A stretch of 64,000 nucleotides of DNA from NCBI GenBank assembly GCA_010015805.1, contig ML978123.1, positions 2,604,001 to 2,668,000 on the forward strand, given 5' to 3'. A program made the position numbers and the translations under genes. Position 1 is the stretch's first letter. Each line of letters opens with the position of its first letter. This document shows, one piece after another, positions 12,961-27,000 of the stretch. The notes beneath the pieces are model-generated. The model did no database searches and was not told where the DNA came from. It saw only the letters and a program-made list of their open reading frames with translations. The DNA is from Rhizodiscina lignyota. Its lineage: Eukaryota.

Positions 12961-14172
12961 ATAACAGGTGAGAACGGGATGATCGGCAGTCTAGCTGTAG
13001 AGATGGAGTGAAATAGAGTAGGATGGATAGCATCACCGGTAGTTTAAATACAACGACTTTGGATAAACGATTTTCGTACGCTACTCGTGCTCTAGTTGGA
13101 ATGTTCCTTACTTGAAAGATCGTCGTAGGCATCTACCACGTCCTTATTCTTCCGGTCAGTGGAGAGAAACTCTATTACAGTGAGGCAAGAGGCCTTCGCT
13201 CGACATGGTTGAAGGGAGAGCCAGAGTCTGGGGAACGGTAGGATGACATAGCAATATCATTCTTCCAGGTGGGCCATGGTTGTGACTCAAAGAAGTTGAC
13301 AAGTACACCGTAGGCTCACCATGCAGTAAGGATTTAGAGCCACTTTCAGCGCACTAAATGTTGGTCTTTCAGCTGGGTCGCGCTCTTCTACACCCTCTCG
13401 AGAGAAAAACTCTCCAACCGAGGCCACGTATTGAAGATAGAATGCAGAACCGTTTGCCTGGTGCTAGCCGTCCCCACTCGCTGCATAGTAGATCCAGGAA
13501 GGCAGCTGATTACAAGTGCAGATTTTTCCTTGCTCTTTAGGTGCGAGTGTTTCATGATCGTGCTGAGAAGAGGGAAGCAATCCATGCCGAACGCCAACAC
13601 ACCCGTACCGTATCGGATCCTTTGGATTGGGGCCAGATTCAACTCTATTGTCCATGGAAGTAGCAAAGAAAAAGGCTGCTTGCCTTGTGGCCTCAGGTCG
13701 AGAGTATGACAGGAAAATGAGGCTGAGGAAGAGTTTGGATGAGAGTCAAGGGGGAGGTTCCGGCACCAAGGGCATAATATACCCGTGGCCTAATTGGGAA
13801 TAGCTCAGCCTTGCTTGAAGTTCAGGGATCATGAATCATTGCGATGGAAGCTTCAAAGCCGCTCATCCAACTCGGGTTCAGAATTGCTGCCGTGACGGTG
13901 CTCGTAACTAAAGTTCTAACTATGTGGGAAAGGGGAATCCGGCTTTGCTCGGCGACCTCCTTTGCTAATGTAGGTATATTGAGCTGGTACGGCAACAGTT
14001 CATTCTCTTCAGCATCCACCAAGGTCCTCAGAGCCTCGGCATCTTGACCTCCTAGTCCAATTCGTCCCGACAGCTGCGTGTAGAACCTTTTCACAGGACG
14101 CCATAGACATCTTTTTCCTTTCTCTATCTCTCTATCAACCGTGCTACACGTCTCTGTCCGCTCTTTTTCACA

Positions 14173-15639
14173 ATGTTCAAGCCAGCTTGCCGACATGCAG
14201 CGCGTCAATTGCGATCCGCGCCCCGCAACGCCGCTATCCTCTCCCAAAGTCGCCTCCTGCACGCCAAAGCCACATTCGATTGGAGAGACCCATTCAATGC
14301 CTCAAGTCTTTTCACAGAGGAGGAATTGGCCGTATCTGAGACTGCAGAATCATACTCTCAAGAGCGGCTGCAACCACGAGTACTAGGTATGCCCTCACGC
14401 GACACCTACTCTCCAATCGAAGGGATAAAAAGGACGAAAGCTGACCCATGTATTTGAATAGATGCCTTCCGCAATGAAGACTACGACAAGAACATCCTCA
14501 AGGAAATGGGCGAGCTCGGCCTCCTCGGTGCTACAATCAAAGGGCATGGCTGCGCCGGAGTGAGCAGCGTTGCCGCTGGCCTGATCACACGTGCCGTCGA
14601 ACGCGTCGATTCAGGGTACCGAAGTGCGATGTCTGTACAATCATCGCTATGTATGGGACCAATAGACGAGTGGGGAACGGAAGAGCAGAAGGACAGGTTC
14701 CTTCCAGGCATGGCAAAGGGACAGATAATTGGGTGCTTTGGCCTAACGGAACCGAACCACGGTAGCGACCCTGGGAGCATGGAGACGGTGGCAAAGAAGA
14801 GGGCGGATGGAAAAGGTTATAGTCTCAGTGGGAGCAAGACGTGGATCACGAATAGCCCGATTGCGGACTTGTTGCTTGTGTGGGCAAAGCTAGCGGACAC
14901 GGGCAAGATTAAGGGTTTCCTGGTTGAGAGGGAAAAGTGCCCGCCTGGTACACTAGAGACACCACCGATCAAGAACAAGAATGGATTGAGAGCGAGTATT
15001 ACGGGTATGATTCTGTTAGACGACTGCCCCGTACCAGAGGAGAACATGTTACCAGAGGTCGAAGGCCTGAAAGGACCGTTTAGCTGTCTTAACTCAGCAA
15101 GATTCGGCATCGCATGGGGAACAATGGGGGCTCTGGAAGACTGCCTGGCAAGAGCCACAGATTACGCTCTGGGAAGGAAACAGTTCAAGGGCAACCCGAT
15201 TGCGAAATACCAACTCGTACAGAAGAAGCTGGCAGATGCAGCAACAGATGCAGCATATGGTATCATGGCGTCATATCAAGTGGGAAGGCTGATAGATGAG
15301 GGTAAGGCTGCACCCGAGATGATCAGTATGATCAAGAGGCAGAACTGTGACCGAGCATTGATTGGTGCGAGAGCGTAAGTGCAAGGGCAGAAGCATCACT
15401 ACGAGGCAGCGAATTGACTTGGTTACAGATTACAAGAAGTCTTTGGTGGCAACGCAGCCAGTGATGAATACCACATTGGTCGGCACGTCTCGAATCTGTT
15501 TGTCACACAAACATACGAAGGCCAGAGCGATATACATTGTAAGTCAGAAGTTCTTGCAGAAGCCTCGCCTGAGAAACTAACAACAAGAACAGCTTTGATA
15601 CTGGGACGTGCGATCACCGGACTGCAAGCATTCTGCTAA
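14173..15639 (+). CDS. GCDH: Mitochondrial glutaryl-CoA dehydrogenase, spliced
   Basis: Arg-rich transit peptide. Motifs [37 protein letters not shown] and TYEGQSDIH. Ends [13 protein letters not shown]. Confidence 0.93.
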
Positions 15640-15847
15640 AGAGGACAAAGTTTGAGAGTGCAAAAAGCATTAGCACATGTACATTGTCATTTTAGGTGCA
15701 CTCAAAATCCATTATCATTGTAATGGCTGAGCATATACCTCTTAGCATAGATGTTGGTATCATTTCTCCATGTCCTGTCGATACGACCGTTAATCCAAAC
15801 TCCCTGACACCGATCTGCGAGATATACACGCCCGGGTCTCTTCATCA

Positions 15848-17674
15848 TTACTCGGGCTGAAAAGGCAGTTTGAACCCCCATTTCTCAGGATCGAACCAAG
15901 TCTTCACAATTTCATTTCGTACCTCATTCGCCCTCTTTTGCGCACTCTCCATCGTGTCACCCTTTGCGTCAACATAAATCTTGATCTTCGGCTCGGTTCC
16001 AGATCCTCTCATTGTGAATCTAGTATTGTGCTCCAGCTCCACGGTAATCATTTCACTGTCCTTCGATACTGGCAGGTCAGGAACATGGTTGTGTCCGGCG
16101 GTATCGAATCCTTCTGTGAGATCTCTCCAGCGGTGTATCTTGAAATGACCAAGATAACTAGGGTACTTATGGGGAACTCCCAGTTTCCGTATCGAAGCGA
16201 AGACTTCCTTCGTGACTTCTGCTGATGGCGAGATCAAGTACGTGTTCCCGTCTGCAAAGTACCCATATGTCTGGTACATGCTCTGCAGCTTCTGGAACGG
16301 CGTCATCCCTTGTTTGCGCCACCTTTCCACTGCCGTGAGGAATATCGCTGCTGCGACGATGCCATCTTTATCATGAACGACAGCCGGTGACATGTACCCA
16401 AGCGCCTCTTCATATCCGTATCGCACGTCGTAGCCTTCTGCCTCGAGCTCCAGAGCCTTATTGCCGATCCATTTGAAACCCGTGAGTGTCTCCACATGGT
16501 GCACGCCTTCGGCCTTTGCGCAAAAAGATATCATCTGACTGCTGACCGTGGACGAAATTAACGTGAGATTGCTCCTCGGATGATTCTCATCACTGGGGTA
16601 TGTCTCGTATACATGCGCCGCCAGTAGGACGCCTATTTGGTTCCCGGTGAATTGATGCCATTTGCCTTCCACTTTCTCTGCGGCTGCGAAGCGGTCTGCG
16701 TCCGGGTCATTAGCAAGAATCAGAGTGACACCGGCGTGATCTGCTGTGTGGATCGCTAGATCGAGTGCGCCTTTCTCTTCCGGATTTGGGAATTTGACAG
16801 TGGGGAAATTCGGATCGGTTGCTGCTTGTTCTGCAACCACTGACATGCCTGTGCTCAAAACTTTAGCTTAGCTCCAATAGTGTAGAGCGGAAGAAGATGT
16901 ACCCGGAATCTCCATCTCTGAAATTACGTGCTCTAGGAACGGCAATCCGACTCCATGGAGCGGAGTATAGACGAAGCGGACCTTGGAATGCCTGAAATCA
17001 GGCTGATGGTGGATTGTTGCCGCAGCGGCAACGGCCTGGTAATAAGCATCTCTTGTTTGTCCCAGTTCGCCTTCGACAAGGAAGGTGTTTTCAATTATAG
17101 AATCGTCCCACGAAAGTGGCTCGAGATTCTGTTCAATCGCCGCAGCAATACCAGTATCGTGAGGCGGGATTATTTGGCAGCCATTTGACCACCACACTTT
17201 GTATCCGTTGTCTTGCGCCGGATTGTGGCTTGCAGTGAGCATTACTCCTGCCGCAGCATTTAGGTAGTTGACTCCAAACGGGACGAGAGGAGTATGGACA
17301 GGCAGAGTGTAGCAGTAGACTCTGATGCCTTTTGCTACGAATGCCGTGATCGCTAGTCTCATGAATTTCTCCGCATTGTGTCGTGCATCTCTTCCAATGA
17401 CTACCCCCCTCTTTTTGACATCTGGCACATTTGCCAGAAGATATTCGGCCAGACCCTGCGAAGTCTGGATGATTGTTAACGAGTTGATGAATCCAAATCC
17501 GGCTTGCATCTTTGCACGAAGGCCAGCAGTGCCAAACGTCATGCGGTTGCGTAAGCGGAGCTCCAGTTCGCCTTTGTTATTGGCGTTTAGAAGTTGATAA
17601 ATTTCATCCTGCGTGTCTGGGTCCTTGTCGAGACGGAGCCACTCCTTGGCCAGCTCCTCTATCGGCACAGCCAT
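15848..17674 (-). CDS. Phosphoglucomutase/phosphopentomutase (PGM2/Prm15-like alpha-D-phosphohexomutase)
   Basis: Motifs FGTAGLR, TASHNP (phospho-Ser loop), NDPDADR, GYEEALG and RGSGTEPK. One intron near 16860-16900. Confidence 0.93.
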
Positions 17675-18906
17675 CTCTTGATAAAAGCACGAGCAACGCT
17701 AAGCGATTTAAAGGAGAGTGAAAGTAGGGAATTGCCCAGAATATCCGGTCTATATCAATTGCCTGGATATGCAGACGTGAAGTTGGAAGAAGGTTGGACC
17801 GCTCCCTCCAAATCAACCAATGATGTAAGGAGTTTATGCCGTTCAAGCTTAATCAGCGCTTCGCGACGCGTGACGTTTGTCGAAGTTGTTGTTTGTGATC
17901 AAGTTGCTTGCCACGTCCTACTTACTTCAGCTACTCTTATAGATGAGTAAAGGGCATCTTAGCCAAGGAATGTATCATGTCATCAGGTTCTTGGTGTTTT
18001 GCAAACGTTGAAGCCGTACCCAGCTGTCATCCGACTCCATGCCCCCACGATCTCCCCACGAAGTCCGAGCCCGATCCGGGTGAAGCCGGGGCCGGTTCCT
18101 GTTTTTTGCCTCACGCAAGATCCTCGATATAGACCCCCAGATCCCCAGTTGATTGAAAATGTCGGGAGACTCACAGGTTTCTTCTCGGAGCCGCAGTGCC
18201 GCAGGTCACCACCACGAGCAAAGAGCAGATGACAATGAGGATACTGGTTGACGCGACGAAACTGTTGAGATCACACGCCTTGGAATCCCCCTCGAAATAC
18301 TCGACATCTCCCAGACACATCAAAATTGTTCATAAAAGGCCGGTTTCGAAACTATTCCATGGCTAGAGATCCATGAAAGCTGCATTTTAGCTTCGCTGCC
18401 ACATTCCGGATATCCTGAAAGTCCGCTATCGCATCACCACTGCCATGGTCCAGGAACCAGGAACGAGCGCGACAGTGAAAGATGCGCTTACATCTCGACC
18501 TGCCTCTTCAGGTCTCTCATCGCCTATGGATCCACGACTCGATGTACGTCCGCTGTACGGAGATTGAATAGGGCCTATGGCGATTACTCTCCGCTCTCCA
18601 ATCCCAGCGTCGTATTCCACCCCACGTGCTAATATGCAGATGCTGTTCCTGAAGCGGTTGCAACGTCCCGCATGGTGCCCCGCTTGCTAATTCGAAGTAT
18701 CCATTTCGACTCTACACGTTCCTGCAGACGCAGGATGGAGTGGATTAAGAAACGACCGGAATCATGGTAGCAGTAAGCAGACTAGAAAAGCTTGTCATAC
18801 TCAAGCATTTGTTTAAATATCGCTGTGTTTGTCTGTTGAATGGCCGTCAAGGGCCAACAAAACTTCAGAGGAAACCCCAGTTGACTTTCGTTTCAATCTC
18901 CTCAAT

Positions 18907-20106
18907 ATGTCTCGTCTTGTGTACTCTGCCACTCTGGCACTGTTCTCTTTGGGATCTACGCTTGCTTATTCGTACGGTTCTTCTCAATCTCAGCTCGCTG
19001 AACTTGCTCTGGAAAAGGTCCTTACCGACGCATCGCCAATATTCGGTGTCTATCAGGATGGCAAGAAGCCCACATCTACTTGGATGAAGAACTACCCGGA
19101 CGACACTCCCATTGTTCACATGAATATTCCCGGAGTACACGACACTCAGACATGGAACTATTCTCTCGCTACCCAGCAGGCTCTCGACCACATCACAGCA
19201 CTTGACGGAGAGCAAATGTTTCCCCCAGAATTCTTCCGTTGCCAGGAGAAGCCAATCATCTCTATGTTGAACGATGGTATCCGTGCTTTTGACCTCCGCT
19301 ATGCGTTTGATATAACGAACAGCACGCTGGTCTTCTACCATAGCCAAGCTCTTCAATCCGAGACCGCCACGCTCGAGGATGTGCTCTTTGGATATTACCA
19401 GTGGCTGGACGACCATCCGTCGGAGGCAGTCTTTGTGTCCCTGATGTACGAAGGCTCGACCGCGATCCACGCCCAAAACGATGCCGCCGTGCAACATGAG
19501 CTCGTCCGTACTCTTACTACCGATGCAGCGATGAAGTATCTCAACCCAGTCAAGGACCATCTCGGAACTCTCGGTGCAGCCCGCGGTAAGATCACGCTCT
19601 TCCGTCGCTTCGATCTGGACCAGCTCCCAGCGTCGTACACTGCTGAGATGCCGGGCCTGCACTTCAGCCCTTCCAACTGGACGGACAACGACCCGCACAT
19701 CGAACTCGTGTACAACACGAAAGAGCACCTCACCGCGTACATCGAAGACTTCTACGACACCAACGCTCCCATAGGCAGTCCCGCGTCTCTCAGCATCCAC
19801 TGGAAATACAACGCCACGACGGCCAATTTCTTGCGCGCCGCACATGCGACTGGGGCTAAGAAGGATAGCTTGTTCTGGAGCTTCTGCTCGAGCGAGTATA
19901 CCTCCAATATCCCGCCCGAGACGCCGAAGATCCAGGCGCTGGGCAATGGAACCTTGACGCCGCTGGGAGGGGTGAACCAGCAGCTAATTCCGTTCTTCAA
20001 GAGCATGAAGGGGAAGAGGCTGGGCATTGCGATGTTTGACTTTTATGATCAGCCCAGCGATCTTGTGCAGACATTCTTGGATATCCAAGCTCCCTCTCAT
20101 TATTAA
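18907..20106 (+). CDS. Secreted PI-specific phospholipase C X-domain / PLC-like phosphodiesterase
   Basis: Signal peptide MSRLVYSATLALFSLG. Motifs WM..., NIPGVHDT, LNDGIRAFDLR, WLDDHPSEAVFV and LGAARGKITLFRRF. Single exon. Confidence 0.88.
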   Translation: MSRLVYSATLALFSLGSTLAYSYGSSQSQLAELALEKVLTDASPIFGVYQDGKKPTSTWMKNYPDDTPIVHMNIPGVHDTQTWNYSLATQQALDHITALDGEQMFPPEFFRCQEKPIISMLNDGIRAFDLRYAFDITNSTLVFYHSQALQSETATLEDVLFGYYQWLDDHPSEAVFVSLMYEGSTAIHAQNDAAVQHELVRTLTTDAAMKYLNPVKDHLGTLGAARGKITLFRRFDLDQLPASYTAEMPGLHFSPSNWTDNDPHIELVYNTKEHLTAYIEDFYDTNAPIGSPASLSIHWKYNATTANFLRAAHATGAKKDSLFWSFCSSEYTSNIPPETPKIQALGNGTLTPLGGVNQQLIPFFKSMKGKRLGIAMFDFYDQPSDLVQTFLDIQAPSHY

Positions 20107-20559
20107 AAAGCTCATGCTATGGGCAGGGTGTGAGCGCTTAAGCTATCGCTCCAATTGAATACGCTTCTGCTATAAATTTACGCATTGCTCTCTCACAATT
20201 CAACATGGTGTTACGCTCCATGCGAGCATTGGTACATACACCGCTATGACGGAGAGTGTTAGCTAGCGCCCTTACCGTGTATATATACCACAAAAAGATT
20301 CCTTGCTCAATCAGCGCTTTTCCATCGTGATTGACACGGTATTCGGGTTATGTAAGTACCTTAATGTTAAACCACAGGGACCACGAGAGTTAGCGCTCAC
20401 AAAGATAAGGCGTACCCACTCCCAATAAGCCAAACGACCCCAATAGTGTAAAGGACGCTCTCTTAACTATTCCAGCACAATTCGACTGTTCTCTGTTACA
20501 GCCACGTCACGTTCGTTTAGACGAACTTTCACGAGCGCCAATGTGCTCTTCTGGGATCG

Positions 20560-20576
20560 ACGCGTTCGAAACGCGT
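20560..20576. promoter_or_regulatory. Paired MCB elements (ACGCGT x2) upstream of the Whi5/Nrm1-like gene
   Basis: ACGCGT at 20560-20565 and 20571-20576, with further TCGCGT near 20790 and 20993. Confidence 0.55.
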
Positions 20577-21137
20577 CATAAGCGTCTGAGCCACTCCTAC
20601 TCCGTCAAGCTGGCAGAGAGAACAGCGCAAGTCATTGCTGGCATGCAAGAGGCAGCAACGAGATACCAAAAGGCGGGAAGAAGCGGAGTGGGTGGGCGGT
20701 TGGTGGTGATTGAAAATTTGCCGCGCACATCACGCCTTTCCACACACGAACCCATGTGACTGCGCAGCAGTCGGGCCAAACCTAAATGAGTCGCGTCACT
20801 TAGGCCCCACTCAACGCTTCACGCTTCCAACCTGCTTTGTCTTCCATCACTGCCCTCTCTGCATCTTGACACTCCCGGTCTTCTCTATCGCGATATTCTA
20901 CGGCCGCGGCCTCTCTAGTTCCAAGAAATTCAGGTATATCGGCGTCGCCAGCAGGATCCGCGAATCCCAGAAAGCGGTCACCTGCTGGGACTCGCGTCGT
21001 TGCGATCGCGATCTTTGCCGGCCGCCGCCCACCCTCACTCACCACCGAATTCCATTGTCACATCAATTGCGCTATCTTACGGAATTTGGCACGATTTGAT
21101 CCATCGTTGGACGATATTTTCGAATTCGAGCTTCACG

Positions 21138-22828
21138 ATGGAAGCCATTCAAGCATCGGCCCCTGCGCCGCCACCAGGTGCTTCGCGTGACGCGAACGCT
21201 TCATCTCGGGAGCCTGCATCGCAGTACCCCGCTGGTTCGAGCGCGTCTCCTACGCCCAAAGTAATGGGTACGTCGCGTCCCTTGCGCATGTGCAAGTCTG
21301 GGTTGTTTCTGTATTGACTTTTACGCGTAGCCGCGCCGCAGCAGGTGTCTCAATTGACGCCGCCACCCCAATCTCCCGCGAAGAGAAAACAGAACGCCCC
21401 AGCAATAGCAGGAGCAGGGTCGCAAGAATCGGTGCTCTCGGATTTCTCGATGGGCGGTAGTATCGCTACTGCTCCTGGCCTCCAATCATCGAGTAGCAAC
21501 CTCTCGAACTCGACAATCCCGGAATCAGAATTCACCTCGCCTGCATCCTCGGTGGGCATGAGGCAGGAAATCCTGAACGCGCAAAGAGAAGCAGCAATGG
21601 CTGCAGCGGCACAACTGAACAACGTTCAAGCCTTTCCGTTACAAGGGCCTCGAACGCCTGACGCAGACACTGAAGTGAAGGACGGCACACTCATGGCAAG
21701 TAGCGTAACAAGTCCGATGGCAATCGATACTCCTTACCTCCATCAAGCATCGAAGAGAACCGCGAGTGGCACGATAAAGCCAACAGCGCCGAGCACCGTT
21801 GCATATGCGGGCATCACCGCAGGAAGAAGCAGTCCGCCGAAGCCGTCGCAATTGGGTCACTCACGCTCGCAGAGTAGTGTGGACGGGCTAAACAAGGCTA
21901 AAATCGCCGAGGTTCGTCTGCACATTCTACGTTTACATTCCTGAACCGTATAGTCGGTAGGCTAACACACGACACGTAGATCTCAGCACAGCTCAAGACC
22001 CGTCTGTCCTATGCCATGGTCAAGGTACAAAATGGCTGGGAAAAGCGCTCAATTGAAGACTTGGAAAATCAAATTACATCACCCTCGCAACTCTCGAATT
22101 CAAGGAAGACACCATCAACTCCAACTCCGACTGGCTTCGGCCACTTTTCTCGTCCGAGTACCTCCAGCATTGGGGGCCCCATGCGCAACTATGACGCAAC
22201 ATATTCCGCGAAGACCCAACGCTACGCACACTCTCCCGACGTGTCTGGCCGTAACAGCCCTCCTGGACCCGGTCCTGCGTTGCTGAGACGAACGACCAGC
22301 TCCTCATCCAGTGACGCTCCGATCAGCAGCTCTCCACGCACGTACGCGGCATTCTTCGCAAGGCACGGTGGTAACACAATTCCCGCATCCAGTGCCATGC
22401 GCACTCATGCTCATACCGCGTCTACTTCCACAATCACAAGCACAACACCTTCTCTAGGTCCTCCAGTGGACCTCGTCCCCAGTTCTACTCGTCCTGGCCG
22501 CTCAGGCTCCGCTTCTCACCCGCGCCGCTCGCACAGCCATCGTGCTCCACCGAACCTGTCCGGCTCTAGCCGCAAGATGCCGTATGCATCGCCCTCAAAG
22601 TCGCAGATGCTCACTAGCCCTACGACACCGACGTCAGGCCCTCTAGGTGGGTTGAGAGCTGGCGTTACACCCAGACCACTTCGAATGCCGAGCCAGCAGG
22701 CAGAGAAGGATGCCGTTGATACCCTACTGTTCATGAGTAGCCCGAACAACTCGTCGAACATGAAGCACATCCCGGGAAGCCAGGGAAGTCCGTTGAGAAG
22801 CGAATTCCCTCCAGGATTGCCGCGATAA
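21138..22828 (+). CDS. Whi5/Nrm1-family G1/S transcriptional repressor, spliced
   Basis: GTB motif LKTRLSYAMVKVQNGWEKRSIEDLE at ~21990-22065. Many SP/TP CDK sites and a C-terminal AEKDAVDTLLFMSSP segment. Confidence 0.85.
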
Positions 22829-24083
22829 ACTCAAACATCACTTGCACCACATGGATCACACTGATCCATCTAACGGTTGATGACTACTGGAAATACCTCT
22901 TATGTTGAAGTTGGGTTGGCGGAGAATCCCCCGAGACTTGTTTGAGCATCTTTCTTGATTCATCTGATTCTTGCATGGCGACAGCGGCCTATTGTGCCTT
23001 TGCTTCTTGCTCATCTAACGACTTTGCATGTGTTTTGTGTTTTGCATCAGGAGTATCACTGCATCGGCAGGGTCTCGACGGCGTTGATTTTGAAATATCT
23101 GGATTGATATCATGAACTCGGCCCCGATTAAGGTGTATACCTAGTGGAGCTGATAGAACGATGCCAGGGCGAGAGCCCTTGAGCTACCTAAATGAAGCTT
23201 CTGCTCAATAATCCGACATCGCTGCTGTAAGTGATGTTGTCATACGATTGCCTTCCCTTCGTGCAGTGTGGCGCTACAACCTACGGGTTGTGCTCGACTG
23301 GATGCTTCTTCAAAATGGGAAGCCATAATACTCGAGTAAACCTTCCTTCCTGGACGTCGTGTGTTCGTGCGATACAATACCAACGGCTGTATACGGCTTC
23401 TGATTAATTGAACGCTTGCTTCGTGTTCAATATAATCATGTTTGCATGGGTCTTTCTTAGACATCCTGCCTCCGCACAGAGTAGTGTGAGAATCGACAGG
23501 CTAAAGAGCTCAACCACGGCCACGTGCAATCAGTCTGACAAGACATACCGTGAGGTCCGCGGAACACGCATCAGCTGGCCAGATCACCAGGCGACTAAAA
23601 CTCAAACACCACGCTGACCCTTAATATGCATTTGCTGACTTGCGTTAGACTAAGCTTTCGGAATGCTCTCGCTCGGCTTGAAGAGTAAAACCCGATATTG
23701 CTGAGGCCTTTCTACCTGCATAGGAACCCTTGAGGTTATCTTTGGAAGATGGATAGTGGACCGTTTGTGTGTAGATAGTGATAACATCGTCGATCATCCA
23801 ATCTGGATGTGATGATATTTCTCCAGTCCGTTCACTACGTATGAATGGATTCCGTTGATATTTACATTGATGCTTACCAAACACCCGGGTTGTGGGCTTT
23901 GAAGCTTCTGGCTTAATTGAATTGATACTCCATACACAAGCAGGAATAGGCATCTGTTTGCAGAAGATAGTGGCAATCGCGAGTGTGTTTTCGTCATCGT
24001 CGTGTTGGGCTTGGAAACAAAACTCCGACGCTATGCAATTAAGCAAATGGCGGTCTTCAATGCGCTGCTATCGTCATTATCAA

Positions 24084-27000
24084 TCAACGCTTCATCTTCT
24101 TAGGCTTTCCGCCCTGCTGCCCATCATTCTTCCTCTTCCTCCCTTCCCGTTTCCAGTACTCCTCCCTCTCCCTCTTCTCCCTTTCAGCCCTCTTCTCCTC
24201 GTTCTCTGCCACCTTCTTCCGGTACACCGCCCTCCTTTCCTCCTGCTTCTTGGCCCTCTTTTCAACTTTCTCGTTCCGCACCGTCATTACCTGCTGCATC
24301 AGCCTGCGCCGGGCCTTCTCTTCTTTCCCGCCCAGCCCCACACCCAACATCCGCTTCTGCGTGTACGTCGGGTTCTTCTGCGGGCGGGTGGATACAGGCT
24401 GCGACTTAAACGGCAGGTCGGCAGCGAGCTTGTGCGGGATGCGTAGGGGGTTGAAGTGCCGCGTGGCGCGCTCGATCGGGCGGTAGTTCGAATCGCGGTT
24501 CTTAGGGGTTGGTATGTTTTCGGCGGCACGGACTTGGCCGGTGAGGCGCATGGGCTTCCAGGCTCCGTCGGCTTGGTCGCCGGCTTGTACTTCTTCATCT
24601 TCCCAAATGTCGCTCTCATCATCTTTATCGTTTGATGATTTAGTTTTGGTGGTGGCGGCCGTGATGTTGAGCAGATTGGTGACAGGGTTGTAGAATCTGT
24701 GCGGCCGGACCGGATACCACGCCCTTAGGAAGATAATGTCGCTCCTCAAGACCTTGTCCTCGAACGTCGCTCTGAAACACCCCTCCGGCTTGCTCAGAGC
24801 CCTCTTGATCTGACCTCTGATTCCAGACACGGTTCTTACGCCCGCACCTTCGAACTTCGCAATCTCCAGTGAGGACGAGAACATGTCCTTGACAAAGGCC
24901 GTATTCTTAAAAATCTTATAAGGATGGCCGGTGAGCTTGAGTTTCTTGACGATCTCAGTAGCCTCGTCGACACTAAGAACGACGCCAGTCGCGGCGACCC
25001 GGAATCCTGGGTTGGAGTTTGAGAGCGATTGAACAGCGCAAAAGCCGGTGTTGGGCGCAATGAGCGGTCCGTAGAAGGAAGCAAAGCAATGCATATGCTC
25101 AGGGGTGTATTTCAGCATCCGGTTTCGCGTCCGCGAGTCCGATATCGAGTACACGGGCATGCTTTGGAAGCGTCTCCAACCCAGGCTGAAGATTAGCGGG
25201 TCGTTCGTCTTCAGGATTTTCTTGTGCCATCGGTGTCTCTTTATCCTGACTTGCAAGAACCCGAACCGGTCCTCGGTCGGCGTCAGGCCACCGATGATGA
25301 TTGGAAACTTTGGGTTGAAGCCAACGGAAAATTCGTATGGCACGTTAGAGAGCGTGATACGTGCGTATGTCCCAGCCTTGTAGCCCTCAACGCGTACTCT
25401 GGAAAGCGTGTCCATAGATTCGAACTCTGCACGATTAATGTCGAGCTGCTTCTGGATTTGGGCCTTTTGAGCATCGTACCACTCATCCTCGCCAAATTCT
25501 TCTTGCGCAGCGTCGCCACCCTCGCCCTGACCGCGCTCGTTTGTTTTATCATTAGCGAAGCCTTCCCGGTCCTCTTCCTCGAAGCGAAGTTTTAGTTCTT
25601 CCTTCTTACGGGCGTTTCGTTCGCGCTCTGCTTCCATTGCGTTGGCCTCGTCTTCCTCGTCGATCCCACTGTCTTTAAGACCAAATGTTTCTCCTGTTTC
25701 AAGATCTTCGAAGACCCCGTCGCCTTCGTCACCTTCTTCGGCCTCCTCACCATCGCCGAGTTCAACGGCATTTGCTCCGGACGAGAGGTTCGCCGAGGCA
25801 AATCTCTGTCGTAAATCTTCCAAGTTCTCTTCTTCCGTCCATTTTCGTTCTAGCACACGGTAATCATATTGTGGTATGGCCCTGTCCTCATAATCATCGG
25901 AAGCAGTATCATCCTTGGCCTTTCTGAAGAACTCATCTTCTTCAGCTTCGTTCTCCTCGTCCATATCAGTGGCACCAGCATTTTGATCACCGCGCCATCG
26001 ACGGAGGATCTGTGCCGGCGTGAGAGACTCATCGTACATAAGCCGTGCTAGTTCTGCCGTTCGATAAGGTCTTCGCCGCCCATGCATCTTTTGAGCGTTC
26101 TCGGCGAGTTTTTCCTTCCATCGAAGAGCGCCATCGTCATCGTCATCATCATCGTCATCCTCTTCCTCATGTTCTCCTTCTACCTCGTCATAGAACTCTT
26201 GATCTTCTTCAGTAGATGATATCGAGCCCAAATCGGAATCGCTATCAGCGAAAGCTATATCATCGGGTCCGGACCCTGATTTGGAGCTGCTGAGTCTTTG
26301 AGAAAGCTGATTCGGTCCATGGCCATCTGTCTCCAGAAAGCCATTGTCATCTTCATCATCACTTCCCAATTCGTCAGGCATTTCATCTTCATCCTCCTCT
26401 CCACTCTCGAAGCCTTCATCCTCAATGAAATCGTCGTCACCTGCTTCTCGTTCTACAATCCTAGCATCTCTCTGCGACTTTCTCCCCTGGTCCTGTACAT
26501 CGTCTAGCGCCTCACCGCCAGTGAACAATCGCACTCCACCATCTACTGCTCCGAGTAATCTCCTCTCGCCTTGCAACCCGACCATCATCTGCTCCCCAAA
26601 TCCTCTCTCTTCATTTCGATCAGCCGCTTGCTGATCAAAGGTATTCGTCTTAACATCGATATACACTGCATCTTTGTCCACCAAGACGCCGCCGACGTCG
26701 CTCATCGGCGCGAACAAGATCTTCTGTTTTTCACCCAGCCTTCTCCTCTTTGGCTTTCCAGTCGCCTTCACAATCGCCTGCTCCATGAACGGCGTCGGGC
26801 ACGGATCAGGTAGTGCTTCGATACCAGAGACGTCCAAATCTCCCACGCCCGGTATATGCACCCTCGCGCCACTCGCGGGGAAGTTTGTCCCTCGTATATA
26901 GCCGTAGAGAGCAACTGTGCGATCGCATTTTGAGTTGGCCTCGATTTCAGTCGGAGGCGTAAGGTCAAGGAAGCGGTCAGCTAGGCAGTATGGATGTGCG

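Noticed and set aside
13822..14262. 146-aa minus-strand ORF upstream of and overlapping GCDH
   Set aside because: No recognisable motif or convincing start, and it overlaps the GCDH 5' end.
18865..19845. 326-aa minus-strand ORF
   Set aside because: Antisense to the PI-PLC gene and explained by codon bias.
23240..24080. Several short ORFs between the Whi5-like gene and BMS1
   Set aside because: No motifs, codon bias or coherent splice model.
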